From Escherichia coli (GTDB taxonomy: Bacteria; Pseudomonadota; Gammaproteobacteria; Enterobacterales; Enterobacteriaceae): a stretch of 64,000 bases of DNA. The notes beneath the pieces were generated by a model. That model did not search any database. It saw only the letters and a program-made list of their open reading frames with translations, and was not told the DNA's origin. The translations under genes and the position numbers were made by a program. The stretch lies in the NCBI GenBank assembly GCA_032372955.1, contig GCA_032372955.1_4725.1. The stretch is one strand, 5' to 3'. Numbering within the stretch: the first letter of the stretch is position 1; each line of letters begins with the position of its first letter. Of the stretch, positions 1 through 9,601 are shown piece after piece.

Positions 1-1048
1 TACCGTCACGGTTACGTGAGTTACCAACGCTTAAGAAACCGATCGAGCGCCACAACGTCGGCACCGCTTGAAGCGACTTACGGACTTCGGCGGTTTCACC
101 GTAACCATCAGCAAAGTTTTTCAGGTAGGTATCCATCAACGAATCATCGAAGATAGGACTATAGATACGTGCCTGATTGGTCATTTCTGGCGCACTGTGG
201 CGGTTCCAGATCGGGATGAAGATGTGTTCTGTCGGGATAAAAAGATCCGGCAGAACGATTTCCCAGTCTGGACGTCCGTGTGTGCTATTGCTAAGAATCC
301 AGTTTTGCAGGAACTCCTTGATATTATCAATGTTGTTACCTGCCGCACCGTAGATAATCACCGTCCAATCGGTATTAATGTATTTCGAATCGTCGGTGTA
401 ATCGTACGCTTTATAGGTTTTCGTCCACAATTGTGTGTCTGGGAATTGGTCGCGCACCTCGTTGATTTCTTCGGTCAGTTTCTCGCTGCTTCGACTGTCA
501 ACCAGTTTCTTCAATGTTGCCAGATCTTCGAAGAAGGTATCTAACTGATCCTTAGGAACAGGGGGAACGACTTCATATTCGTATTTTGGATATTGACTTT
601 GGAATACGCTATCAGACAACCAAATCTTAACAACATCACCCGTGGCGGTTATCTTGAAACTGATCCACGCCGGTAGATAGACTGTACCATCGGTGGTGGG
701 TGTTGGGATGTCGATAGAATCCAGATACGTTGTGAAGTCGTCTTTTAGGTAACTGATAACTTGGTCTCGGTCTTCCTGGATTTCGCCCGATGCGGCTTTT
801 TCCAGCAACCATTGACCAACCTGAAGAATACGGCCTGCGGTGTCGTCATTCAGCGTTTGTGCTTCACCAGCTTCGTTTTCGGCATTCAATACTAATAAGG
901 TCGTACGTGCGTACGCCGTGTTGGAATAGATGCCGATTTCGCGACTGAACGTAGCACTGTGCTGACTGAACTCACCGAATTTCGCCGTGGTTTTTGGGTG
1001 GTTATTAGCGTACCCTTTGTACGTATAAAAACCAAAAATACTAATCAT
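1..1048 (-). CDS. hypothetical protein (3' partial; C-terminus lies beyond window start)
   Basis: ATG at 1048-1046 (minus) with GAGGA SD 6 nt upstream; 349-codon open frame runs off position 1; not in ORF track because no stop in window; supersedes overlapping plus ORF 68..544. Confidence 0.6.
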   Translation of the reverse strand, partial: MISIFGFYTYKGYANNHPKTTAKFGEFSQHSATFSREIGIYSNTAYARTTLLVLNAENEAGEAQTLNDDTAGRILQVGQWLLEKAASGEIQEDRDQVISYLKDDFTTYLDSIDIPTPTTDGTVYLPAWISFKITATGDVVKIWLSDSVFQSQYPKYEYEVVPPVPKDQLDTFFEDLATLKKLVDSRSSEKLTEEINEVRDQFPDTQLWTKTYKAYDYTDDSKYINTDWTVIIYGAAGNNIDNIKEFLQNWILSNSTHGRPDWEIVLPDLFIPTEHIFIPIWNRHSAPEMTNQARIYSPIFDDSLMDTYLKNFADGYGETAEVRKSLQAVPTLWRSIGFLSVGNSRNRDG

Positions 1049-1102
1049 TCGACGTCCTCGGTTAAGTTGTATTGGAAATTTCATACTATCAAGGACACAC
1101 GC

Positions 1103-1654
1103 ATGTTTACTACACTCAAGGCGTTGCCCTGGCTTTTCCCTTTTCTTCGCGAGTTGTTTCGGCGAAGTAAGCGACCGCCCACACGCTATCGTCGAGATGG
1201 AGCTCGACAGTCCTCGATATTCTTGATTACGGGCTTTTTCATCGTATTGGGTATCGTGACGTTATTCGCTGGCGAAAAAATCATTACCTTGATGGCTGAC
1301 GTGAGTAGTTTACGTCAGGAAAATGCAACATTGCGTTATGCGCGAGACACCAACCGAGAACTGATTCGTCAACTTTACACATCGAACGAAGTACGAGGCC
1401 GTTTAATCGACAGTATGGTTGAACAGAACCGGATTCTCCAGGGTGAGGTTGATCGAGCGTTACGAACTTTTGAAAAAGAGAAAGTTGACGAGAGGGAGTT
1501 TCAAGAACGCGTTGAACGTTTTATCGATACCTATTACGTCTGTAATAGTCTGACCTCCGCCAAACAACGCAATCAATGTGTAATTAACGGCGGAAAACTG
1601 CGGTCAATGAAAGTCGATCGCGATCAACCAACGTCAACCGACGGTAATCGGTAA
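1103..1654 (+). CDS. membrane-anchored coiled-coil protein (one N-terminal TM helix, then heptad-rich region)
   Basis: Internal ATG 1103 preceded by AAGGA SD; upstream part of ORF 959..1654 overlaps the minus gene; hydrophobic stretch IFLITGFFIVLGIVTLFAG followed by charged coiled-coil-like sequence. Confidence 0.5.
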   Translation: MFTTLKALPWLFPFLRELFRRSKRPPTRYRRDGARQSSIFLITGFFIVLGIVTLFAGEKIITLMADVSSLRQENATLRYARDTNRELIRQLYTSNEVRGRLIDSMVEQNRILQGEVDRALRTFEKEKVDEREFQERVERFIDTYYVCNSLTSAKQRNQCVINGGKLRSMKVDRDQPTSTDGNR

Positions 1655-1704
1655 TACCGTACAACTTTGGGCTATCATACGGACAATGATTAATGAGGTT
1701 TACA

Positions 1705-3231
1705 ATGGCAGGAAATACTGAGCTCGGTGCCGTTTTCTACTGCGATGGAGGATCCCGTCCAACATCGAGTGGGTATGGTGGCTACGGCGTGCACGGCTAC
1801 ACCTACGATATGGTGAAAGAGATAAAAGGCACCTTGGAACCTTCAAAAAGCGGGAAGCCCAAACCAACGCAATACGGTTATGTTGACCCTAAACTCGACT
1901 TTCCTAAAGACGCTGTGCTGGTCGAACCCAAGGAATACGTGGATGAGTTAGAGGCTTTGGGTTTCAACGTAACGAACAATCAGGCTGAGTTGGATGCCGC
2001 AATACGTGCGATTGAACTTGGAAAAGCAAAGGGGGCAAAACGGATCCAGCTGTTGTCGGACAGCCAATATGTTGTTGTAGGTGCCACCAACCATCTTGCT
2101 AACTGGCGAGAGAACAACTGGGTTAAATCCGACAATAAACCGTTAATGAATGCGGAACGGTGGCGGAAACTCGATAGCGCGATAAGGGATGCGAAGCGCG
2201 ACGCTATCGATATTTCGCTGCGCTACGTTCCTGGACATGAGGGCAATGTTGGTAACGAACGTGCGGATATGCTGGCAACGCGTGGAACATATCTGTCACA
2301 AAACCAGGACTGGGCTGTAAGAACCCAAATACGCCGCGAACTTCCGGCTAAGGGGTATTGGAGCCCTGAACCGGAAATAAGCCCGTTCTTTACGTTCTCA
2401 CGCTGCTACTTTACCACCAACCAGCAGCAAGAGCGTGCGAAAGATGGCCGCTACATCTATTTCGGTGGTAACACCGATAAAGACAACAAGGGACGTCTTG
2501 AGTTAGGGAAAAGGATTAGCGATAGTGCGTACAGTGTTATCTATTTAAGCAAGCCGGATGATGCTGTTGAGATTATGCGTACGCATGCATCTCGGGTATT
2601 AGAGCACGGGACAACGGAGTCAGTGTATATCGCATACACGGATAACCTTCATCATCGTCAATATCATCGCGATATTCTTGAGGGTGAGTGCGATCTTACG
2701 ATGCGTCCGACAGGCCTCGGTAAGAGCGTGCATCTTCCGCTAGGTGGATCGAACACAGCCATTTTAATGGAAGCATGTAATCCGCCTAACCTTGCTTGGC
2801 GTGCGATTGATTCCTTGAACTTCTTAAAGACGTTACTGGATGAATGGCTTGACGCTAACCGCGAATCCACACCGCGTCTGGTCGTAACCGAAATTACCGA
2901 CGTTCTTTTCGAAACAGAAAAGGATAAGAAAGGCAAAACGGTTACCAAAGTGCATAGTGCGATTACGCAGGTTACGAAAAGCTTGAAGGTGGACGTGAAT
3001 TACAGACTGACCCCCGATAAGCAGGGCGTTACGTCTTGTACCATGTCCTTGGGGTTAGACCTGCCTCAACGCCTGAACTTGAGCTATTTAGCATCACCGG
3101 AAACGAAAGCGTACGCGGTAACATATCGCGAGTCTGATGTTGCGTTTCGTTTCGCTGTGATTATTGAGTCGGGGGACGACGTTGGTATATGGGCTAACAT
3201 ATACAGTAACCCACGTTATGTGTTGGAGTAA
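1705..3231 (+). CDS. RNase H (RNase HI-like) domain protein with about 300-aa C-terminal extension
   Basis: N-terminal domain matches the RNase HI catalytic pattern (CDGGS ... NNQAELDA ... LSDSQYVV ... VPGHEGNVGNERADMLA); ATG 1705 has GAGG SD; the ORF-track start 1693 is an alternative. Confidence 0.75.
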   Translation: MAGNTELGAVFYCDGGSRPTSSGYGGYGVHGYTYDMVKEIKGTLEPSKSGKPKPTQYGYVDPKLDFPKDAVLVEPKEYVDELEALGFNVTNNQAELDAAIRAIELGKAKGAKRIQLLSDSQYVVVGATNHLANWRENNWVKSDNKPLMNAERWRKLDSAIRDAKRDAIDISLRYVPGHEGNVGNERADMLATRGTYLSQNQDWAVRTQIRRELPAKGYWSPEPEISPFFTFSRCYFTTNQQQERAKDGRYIYFGGNTDKDNKGRLELGKRISDSAYSVIYLSKPDDAVEIMRTHASRVLEHGTTESVYIAYTDNLHHRQYHRDILEGECDLTMRPTGLGKSVHLPLGGSNTAILMEACNPPNLAWRAIDSLNFLKTLLDEWLDANRESTPRLVVTEITDVLFETEKDKKGKTVTKVHSAITQVTKSLKVDVNYRLTPDKQGVTSCTMSLGLDLPQRLNLSYLASPETKAYAVTYRESDVAFRFAVIIESGDDVGIWANIYSNPRYVLE

Positions 3232-3234
3232 TCA

Positions 3235-3666
3235 ATGGTGATGGTCGAACAGGTAGAACGTGAGAAACAACCGTTGAAACACGCTCTCCTATCGTTCCTC
3301 TTAACCGCAAAAGCTAAACGCATACTTCTCTTCGGAAGTTTGTATGGCACCTTACATCAGCATGATGATAATTACATCATGCTAAAAGGTCTTGCGGATA
3401 TGAATGAGCGATTGGAGATAGCTGAGTCGGTTTCAGCGTTGATGTTTGCTGCGCGACTTGGTATTACTGCATGGAAAGATCTGGATAGTGAGACGTTACT
3501 TAATGAGACGACGAACTACGATGAAGCCGTGCAGTGCATAATGCAACGCGTTCCACCATGGCTTTATTATGATGATAAAGCAACGATTCGTCAGGAGATT
3601 AAAAAGCTTCTGGTAAGAGTCTGCGTTCCTACGACACAACGAGTGGTACATCTATACGGCAAATAA
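3235..3666 (+). CDS. hypothetical protein
   Basis: ATG with GGAG SD; 143 aa; followed by a strong hairpin. Confidence 0.6.
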   Translation: MVMVEQVEREKQPLKHALLSFLLTAKAKRILLFGSLYGTLHQHDDNYIMLKGLADMNERLEIAESVSALMFAARLGITAWKDLDSETLLNETTNYDEAVQCIMQRVPPWLYYDDKATIRQEIKKLLVRVCVPTTQRVVHLYGK

Positions 3667-3673
3667 ACCTTAT

Positions 3674-3709
3674 CCCACCCTACCGCCCTTAACGGGGTAG
3701 TAGGGTGGG
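3674..3709. terminator. nested GC-rich hairpin at a convergent gene junction (likely bidirectional intrinsic terminator)
   Basis: 10-bp outer stem cccaccctac/gtagggtggg enclosing inner ccc-ttaac-ggg; T-rich tract ttattatgttatttttt follows on plus strand. Confidence 0.6.
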
Positions 3710-3717
3710 TTATTATG

Positions 3718-4560
3718 TTATTTTTTCGCGTTCTTTTTAACGGCGTCCCAGGTATCGTTATATGCGATGATCGCCTCAGCCAAAGCGTTCACGAGAAACG
3801 CATACAGTTCAGCCTGCTTGGCTGTTTGGTAGATAGCGTCGCTAATATCGCGAATCATCGCGTTGCTCACCGCACCTTCATTGTAGTCTTGAACCAGGAT
3901 TTCGGTTAAACGGTCAGCCACCTCCATGAAACGTTCGATTGCCTTCTTCACGTCTTTAGGATTAACGTCAAGCGCACGGATACGAGAAGCATCCAGATCT
4001 TTTCCGATCTGACGAATATCGTCTTCGTTCTTATATGCACGGCCTACAGTGGTCTGTGTTACCGTCCCTTGTTTGAACATCGCACGTAACGTCTCTAGAA
4101 CGTTCTCTGGGTCGTTTTTAGGTAGCGTCTGAGCCATACCACTACTGCGACGGAAGTTAACGTCGTTGACGGCTTTAGCGCACGTTACGGTCAACTTATC
4201 CAAATCAGGTAGGATGGTGCCAATTACGCTATCCAGACTCTGGGTTAAAGCAACAACATAATCTGACATCGGCGCATTTAAACCATTCGGAATAAAAGCG
4301 CGATACCCAATGAGATCGCTGTAAGCGTTGTTGCTAAAAATCGGATCGAGGTCATCGAAGACTTTAGGATAAACCGTCACATCACGTTTCTTAAGCCAAT
4401 CGGTAACAAACTTCTTACCGTTGGTAAACATACTACGAAGATTCGTTACCGCGGTAAGTGAAGCGAAGTCTTGCGCAAAGCCTTCCATTGATAAAGCACG
4501 GTGTGAATCCCAAAGGGTCTGCAGTGTAATAGGGTCTTCAGGAATGGTAAATTTATGCAT
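3718..4560 (-). CDS. hypothetical protein
   Basis: ATG with GAGGA SD (minus strand); 280 aa. Confidence 0.7.
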   Translation of the reverse strand: MHKFTIPEDPITLQTLWDSHRALSMEGFAQDFASLTAVTNLRSMFTNGKKFVTDWLKKRDVTVYPKVFDDLDPIFSNNAYSDLIGYRAFIPNGLNAPMSDYVVALTQSLDSVIGTILPDLDKLTVTCAKAVNDVNFRRSSGMAQTLPKNDPENVLETLRAMFKQGTVTQTTVGRAYKNEDDIRQIGKDLDASRIRALDVNPKDVKKAIERFMEVADRLTEILVQDYNEGAVSNAMIRDISDAIYQTAKQAELYAFLVNALAEAIIAYNDTWDAVKKNAKK

Positions 4561-4658
4561 GATTGTCCTCGTGGAAATAGCGGTTGTCAGTCTTAACTAA
4601 AAATAGTTATTCTCTGAACACTAAGAATTAGTCGAAGAATCGAAGGAGTCTTTACCCA

Positions 4659-6149
4659 ATGAATCTTAATAAGTACCTTTCTCCCGGTGAAGAGATGCGT
4701 TTTAATCTCAACATTGGTTGCTTAATGGATATTCCCACATCTGGTGGTCGGTACTATGTCGGTAAACACGGTGAAAGCATTTGTAACGGCGGCATGATGC
4801 TTGTTGAGGGCGCAGGCGCTCGCGGCAACATGAACAAAACCACGTTCATAATGTTTCGCTTGTTACGCGTTATCGATCGTTACGCAAACAGCAATAGTAG
4901 CGTTTACGACACAGAAATGTCGTTAACAACAACACGTATCTTAACGCTTGCGATGAACATGTCTAATATCGCAGGTGTCGATCTTTTCGAAGAAGAACGT
5001 GTGTTTATCACCGATGCTGTTCAGATGAGCGGTAACATTTGGTTTGATGCGATTAAGAAATTCCGTGACGACAAGGTCAAAGATAAATCTCAACGCAAAG
5101 CCGTTCCGTTTATTAATAAACATGGTGAGAACTATACCTGGTGGTTGCCGACCGTCGTACTCATCGACAGTTTCTCTGGGTTACCAATCGATGCCGTTGA
5201 TGCACTGTTCGATAAAGAAACCGCGGGTGGCGCAAAACTGAATGCCGAAGCGATGCGTTCAGCAGCAGCGAAAAGCCAGATTCTATCACAGATGCCAGTA
5301 CTCACAGCGTCGGCGGGTATCTACATTACCATGACCGCCCACCTTGGTGACGGTGTAAACGTTGGTGGTATGCCGGGACAGCAGCCGGTACGAAAACTGA
5401 AAGGGTTTAAGGGCGATGAGAAGTTTAAGAACGTCCCGGAACGCTTCACGTTTTATACGAATAACCTCTGGAAAATCGATAAACTGACGATTCTTCAGAA
5501 CGCCGATAAACGCGTCCTTTATCCGCGCGGGCCTGGTGACAACCTTATCGGGGATACCGATCTGCAGTTGATTCAAGTCTTCAACATGCGCGCTAAAAAC
5601 GGACCCACCGGCTTACCGTTCCCGATTGTGGTTAGTCAGAGCGAAGGGGTTAAACCATCATTAACGGAATACCACTACCTGCGTGATAAAGATTGGATGC
5701 GTGGTTGGGGTATGCATGCGTCAGGTGGTAAATCAGCTGATGGTGCTTCAACGGTATATTTGGATATTTATCCGGATGTTGCGTTGCAGCGTACGACCAT
5801 TCGTTCTCTTTGCGAAGAGGATGAGTATTTACAGCGTGCTCTGGAAATTACGTCGGAGCTGTGTCAGATGCATAATCTCTGGCGTCAAGAGGTTTACGAA
5901 AACCCACAACTGTATTGCACCCCACAGGAACTGTACGACGATCTTAAAGCAAAAGGTTTCGATTGGGATGTATTGTTAAACACGCGTGGTTACTGGACGT
6001 ATTTGGACGATCCTAACCCACTGCCGTTCCTGTCTACAATGGACTTATTGCGTATGCGCACCGGTGAGTACTTTCCGTACTGGATGGATGAAAAGACAAA
6101 ACAACCAAAGAACCCGGTACCCGCATTGAATCGTCCGAGTAAAAAATAA
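4659..6149 (+). CDS. RecA/UvsX-like recombinase candidate
   Basis: Walker B-like VVLIDS followed by a RecA-like segment (AEAMRSAAAKSQILSQMPVLTASAGIYITMTAH) and a glycine-rich loop; AAGGAG SD; Walker A not canonical, so tentative. Confidence 0.4.
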   Translation: MNLNKYLSPGEEMRFNLNIGCLMDIPTSGGRYYVGKHGESICNGGMMLVEGAGARGNMNKTTFIMFRLLRVIDRYANSNSSVYDTEMSLTTTRILTLAMNMSNIAGVDLFEEERVFITDAVQMSGNIWFDAIKKFRDDKVKDKSQRKAVPFINKHGENYTWWLPTVVLIDSFSGLPIDAVDALFDKETAGGAKLNAEAMRSAAAKSQILSQMPVLTASAGIYITMTAHLGDGVNVGGMPGQQPVRKLKGFKGDEKFKNVPERFTFYTNNLWKIDKLTILQNADKRVLYPRGPGDNLIGDTDLQLIQVFNMRAKNGPTGLPFPIVVSQSEGVKPSLTEYHYLRDKDWMRGWGMHASGGKSADGASTVYLDIYPDVALQRTTIRSLCEEDEYLQRALEITSELCQMHNLWRQEVYENPQLYCTPQELYDDLKAKGFDWDVLLNTRGYWTYLDDPNPLPFLSTMDLLRMRTGEYFPYWMDEKTKQPKNPVPALNRPSKK

Positions 6150-6161
6150 AAGGCTAAATAA

Positions 6162-6482
6162 ATGACCGCACCTGCTATCAAGCATGCACATGAACTGATT
6201 GATGTTATCACGCAGACAATTGCGTCACATCAACCAGCGATTGCTGAGCAATTTAAACACGACCTATTGGCTCGTGTTCCTGAGTACATGACATTAGAAC
6301 ATACCCAAGCTGAAATCAACCGCTATTGGCGACTACAGTTTGGTGTATTAGAAGTAAGTACGTTTTCGGTACGTGAGTGCTTACTCGACAACCAACCCAT
6401 TAAAGGATGGATCCATAATTTCCGTGATTACGTTGCACCCTTTATTGCACGCAACGTAAAGTCATTGCGCGGTGGAAGATAA
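6162..6482 (+). CDS. hypothetical protein
   Basis: ATG after short intergenic spacer; 106 aa. Confidence 0.6.
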   Translation: MTAPAIKHAHELIDVITQTIASHQPAIAEQFKHDLLARVPEYMTLEHTQAEINRYWRLQFGVLEVSTFSVRECLLDNQPIKGWIHNFRDYVAPFIARNVKSLRGGR

Positions 6483-6550
6483 GCGAACCCTATCGTGTAG
6501 GGGTATCAGGATCACGCTACTGGGATGATTATCCCTTGTTCGAAAAGCGT

Positions 6551-6877
6551 ATGAACCAGATGTTACACAACCTTCCTCACGACAAAGTTCATCTCATTGC
6601 TGGCGGTGCGCATTCAGGCGCTGATTTGCATGTGCGCCGCTACGCGAAGGATTACGGGTTTAAATACACCACGTTTCCTGCCGATTGGGATGGTCCTTAT
6701 CGTAAAGGTGCTGGATTCAGACGCAATGAGTGGATGGGCGATGTCATTACGCATCTAATTGCGTTCTGGGATTTCAAAAGTCCTGGAACAAAACACATGA
6801 TCGACATCGCCAACCGCGAGGACAAGAACATCATTGTCCAGGTGTTTCGGGTATTTCCGCAACAGACACGACAATAG
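6551..6877 (+). CDS. DUF2493/SLOG-like (DprA-like Rossmann fold) protein
   Basis: Pattern GGAHSGADLHVRRYA ... FPADWDGPYRKGAGFRRNEWM ... IAFWDFKSPGTKHMI resembles the DUF2493 family from memory; ORF-track start 6536 is TTG, first ATG is 6551. Confidence 0.45.
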   Translation: MNQMLHNLPHDKVHLIAGGAHSGADLHVRRYAKDYGFKYTTFPADWDGPYRKGAGFRRNEWMGDVITHLIAFWDFKSPGTKHMIDIANREDKNIIVQVFRVFPQQTRQ

Positions 6878-6886
6878 GAGACGTTT

Positions 6887-7561
6887 ATGTCCAACCGCGC
6901 TGCAGCAGAAAAATTCATTCTTGGGTATATCAAAGACCTGGTGGGTGAATCGAGCCCGACTTACGCTATTTACAAAAAACGTTTTGCTGAAATCGATGAT
7001 GAGACGTTTGATGCGTATATGCGTTTATGTCGGGATAAGAAAGAGATTCTACCCATCTGGGTACCCAACATGAACAAAAACGAGGTGACGATAAAACGGG
7101 CGTTGGAAGTCGGTAAGAAATACGGTTTCCCTTTCTTCCAACGCATTTATCTCACCGACCAGAAAACAGGACAATTGGTGCTTCGTGACCGCCCAACCAG
7201 ATTGTACCTGATTCCAAACCGCCGACAAGCCGAAACGTTGAGTGCTAAAATATCGATTCCGAAAAACAACAACACCAAGGACCAGCTCACCAATCAGCCG
7301 ACGGGTGATAGTAAAGGTTCCACTTGGAGCCAGCCGGAAATGCAGGCGACGTTAGGACGGTCGATGCCGAACGTGAACCGAGAGTTGATGCAGGCTCGTG
7401 GTGGCGACGATAAGAAGTTCAACGCGATGAACCGCATGCTGTTAGAAACAGGTACCGTAAGCTTGGAGCAGCTCCCTGAAGACAGCAAGGCAAAATCGGT
7501 TTCGGCGGTTGGTGTTATCCTCACCGCGATGCATCTCCAGAATAACCTTGATGAGGGCTAA
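6887..7561 (+). CDS. hypothetical protein
   Basis: ATG with AGGAG SD; 224 aa. Confidence 0.7.
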   Translation: MSNRAAAEKFILGYIKDLVGESSPTYAIYKKRFAEIDDETFDAYMRLCRDKKEILPIWVPNMNKNEVTIKRALEVGKKYGFPFFQRIYLTDQKTGQLVLRDRPTRLYLIPNRRQAETLSAKISIPKNNNTKDQLTNQPTGDSKGSTWSQPEMQATLGRSMPNVNRELMQARGGDDKKFNAMNRMLLETGTVSLEQLPEDSKAKSVSAVGVILTAMHLQNNLDEG

Positions 7562-7563
7562 TT

Positions 7564-8271
7564 ATGTTACGTGGTCGGTTATCACGTCGTATCGCAGAAA
7601 TAAAACGATCGTTCTCCCCAGAGAGTGATGATGCGTTCGAGCTTTTATTAGAAGAGCTTGCTTCCGATCGTTACGTGCTTGTTTTAGATGCGGTGATGCG
7701 AAAGGAAGTTATCGCGTACACAAAACGCTGGGTGTATTTGTATTCCCCACCGCAACAATATTCCAAAGGTGCAACAATTCGTGACTGGGTTACGAAATTC
7801 AGTGTGACGTTCATCCATGATTTGTTTATCCCTGAAAACATGATCCGTCTTTGGCGTGAACTCCGTTCTGAGGAAACCCCTTCGTTAATGGGTTTTACGA
7901 TGGACCTCACAACGCATGTTCGCCGTACAGTGTTCTCAACGGACGATGACATCGATATGCTTATCGATCATCTTGCTGGAAGTTTTGCATGGATCCATGA
8001 AAGCAACCATAAACTGGTGGATGGTATCGCCCGGGATTTATTCGCGGTAGACGAACAGTTCTTTACGGAATTACCCACTGTTGATGATATTCGGGATATG
8101 CTTCGTGCGAATACCTGGTTTATTCCGTTGCTCTATTTGCATACCGTCACCGTTGAAGAATTGGAAGAAATCGGTGAATTGGTATTCAAACAAACAAAAG
8201 AGTACGAGAAGAAAATTAAAACGTCTCCCGATATGCAGATGTTAACCGGTGAAGCTGGAGAGCAACGATGA
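7564..8271 (+). CDS. hypothetical protein
   Basis: ATG 7564 three nt after upstream stop; 235 aa. Confidence 0.7.
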   Translation: MLRGRLSRRIAEIKRSFSPESDDAFELLLEELASDRYVLVLDAVMRKEVIAYTKRWVYLYSPPQQYSKGATIRDWVTKFSVTFIHDLFIPENMIRLWRELRSEETPSLMGFTMDLTTHVRRTVFSTDDDIDMLIDHLAGSFAWIHESNHKLVDGIARDLFAVDEQFFTELPTVDDIRDMLRANTWFIPLLYLHTVTVEELEEIGELVFKQTKEYEKKIKTSPDMQMLTGEAGEQR

Positions 8272-9056
8272 CTGGAAATGCGGCGTTAGTGACGGTGTAC
8301 GTAGAACTCGAGGCGCTGCTTGATATCGAAATGGCGGTAGCAACAACGTTGGATCCGGAGGCTATCAGAAAGTGGGGGAAGAAATGGCACTACCGACCCT
8401 ATAACCTGGAGCCGGAGAAGCAGGCGGGTGTTACTTACACTTACGAAGAGTTTAAGGGTGCGTTGGCAAATATCGATGAAACCATTCTCGATAAATGCAT
8501 TCCGACGGAGTTGATGTGGCGATTATGTTACGTGGTCGCGGACTACATGAAAGACCGCTTGACAGGGATTGCTGCACCGGATTTTTCGGTTCATGTGAAT
8601 ACGTACCCGTTTGAATTTGTGGGAGATGCAGCGACGGCGTTAAAAGAAGGCATCCAGCAATATCTCGGCGCGCAAGATAGCGTTGAGATTATTTACCGTC
8701 ATCCGGCCACACTGCATCCATCAGAAATCCGTAAGACGTATAATGCGATGTTCTTTTACGATTTCAAACGCTGGCACCTCCCCAATCAGATGCTGTTAGA
8801 AGACAATCCGATTTGTAACGTATTGGTGGTAGCCAGACGAATCAGCGAAACCATCCCTGATTCCGATCTGGCTTACGACAAACTTTACGAAGCAATCGAA
8901 CTTTCTAACGCACCTGTGATGTTCATGCGGTTCTTTGGTATAAAATGGTTCAGTTATTTTATTCCTCCTCGTGTGACGCCTCCGAAGATTGATGATCTGC
9001 AGCCATCTTCTGAGATACCTCCTCACGAACCGACGCCGTCAGTTGAGCCATTCTAG
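8268..9056 (+). CDS. hypothetical protein (Pro-rich C-terminal tail)
   Basis: ATGA overlap with upstream gene; GGAGAG SD; 3' end overlaps the convergent minus gene by about 98 nt. Confidence 0.6.
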   Translation: MTGNAALVTVYVELEALLDIEMAVATTLDPEAIRKWGKKWHYRPYNLEPEKQAGVTYTYEEFKGALANIDETILDKCIPTELMWRLCYVVADYMKDRLTGIAAPDFSVHVNTYPFEFVGDAATALKEGIQQYLGAQDSVEIIYRHPATLHPSEIRKTYNAMFFYDFKRWHLPNQMLLEDNPICNVLVVARRISETIPDSDLAYDKLYEAIELSNAPVMFMRFFGIKWFSYFIPPRVTPPKIDDLQPSSEIPPHEPTPSVEPF

Positions 9057-9588
9057 CATAGAAAGCATCACTTGTTTCTTCGACACGTCCCTGGATGAGA
9101 ACGCCTGGTGAAAACTCCTTGCTGTCGAACTCTTCCAATGACGCAAAACCAAGTCGACGATCACGTTCTTCAGGCGTGACTGGCTTCACGACTTCGCCTT
9201 CATAAACAGCCCCTGCTGCGAGAGGATGTTGATCCATCTGACCTAAGCGGCGCAGCATGGTTTCGGTTAGGGCCTGTGCTGTTTTCAATGCGCTGTCGTT
9301 CATGGCCTGGTCGGCGCTGATACGTTTCAACGTTAAGTCGACTTTGTCGTTATCACCCAACGATTTCAATAACAGCTTACCTATGCGGTCGACGTTTTCG
9401 ACGTCAACGATGGCTTTATTATCAGCACCGGGGTTATGCTCAAATTCTTTGAATTCGCTATCTAACAGCATTTCAAGGCGTTGAATAAATCGTTGGCGGA
9501 TATTACGGGTTTCGTCAAGACGGACCTCGAATTTATCAGGTGCTTCTTGCGGTTCATCATCTACGGGGGCAACACCATATTCGCTCAT
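8959..9588 (-). CDS. hypothetical acidic protein
   Basis: ATG with GGAG SD (minus); 209 aa; acidic C-terminus. Confidence 0.6.
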   Translation of the reverse strand: MSEYGVAPVDDEPQEAPDKFEVRLDETRNIRQRFIQRLEMLLDSEFKEFEHNPGADNKAIVDVENVDRIGKLLLKSLGDNDKVDLTLKRISADQAMNDSALKTAQALTETMLRRLGQMDQHPLAAGAVYEGEVVKPVTPEERDRRLGFASLEEFDSKEFSPGVLIQGRVEETSDAFYARMAQLTASVREEVSQKMAADHQSSEASHEEE

Positions 9589-9601
9589 TTTACATTCTCC
9601 G

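Noticed and set aside
68-544. Plus-strand ORF of 158 aa
   Set aside because: Lies entirely antisense within a 349-codon minus-strand open frame that has a proper SD and start at 1048; the longer frame is far more likely to be the gene.
959-1102. Upstream extension of ORF 959..1654
   Set aside because: Overlaps the start of the minus-strand gene and lacks an RBS; the internal ATG at 1103 has an AAGGA SD.
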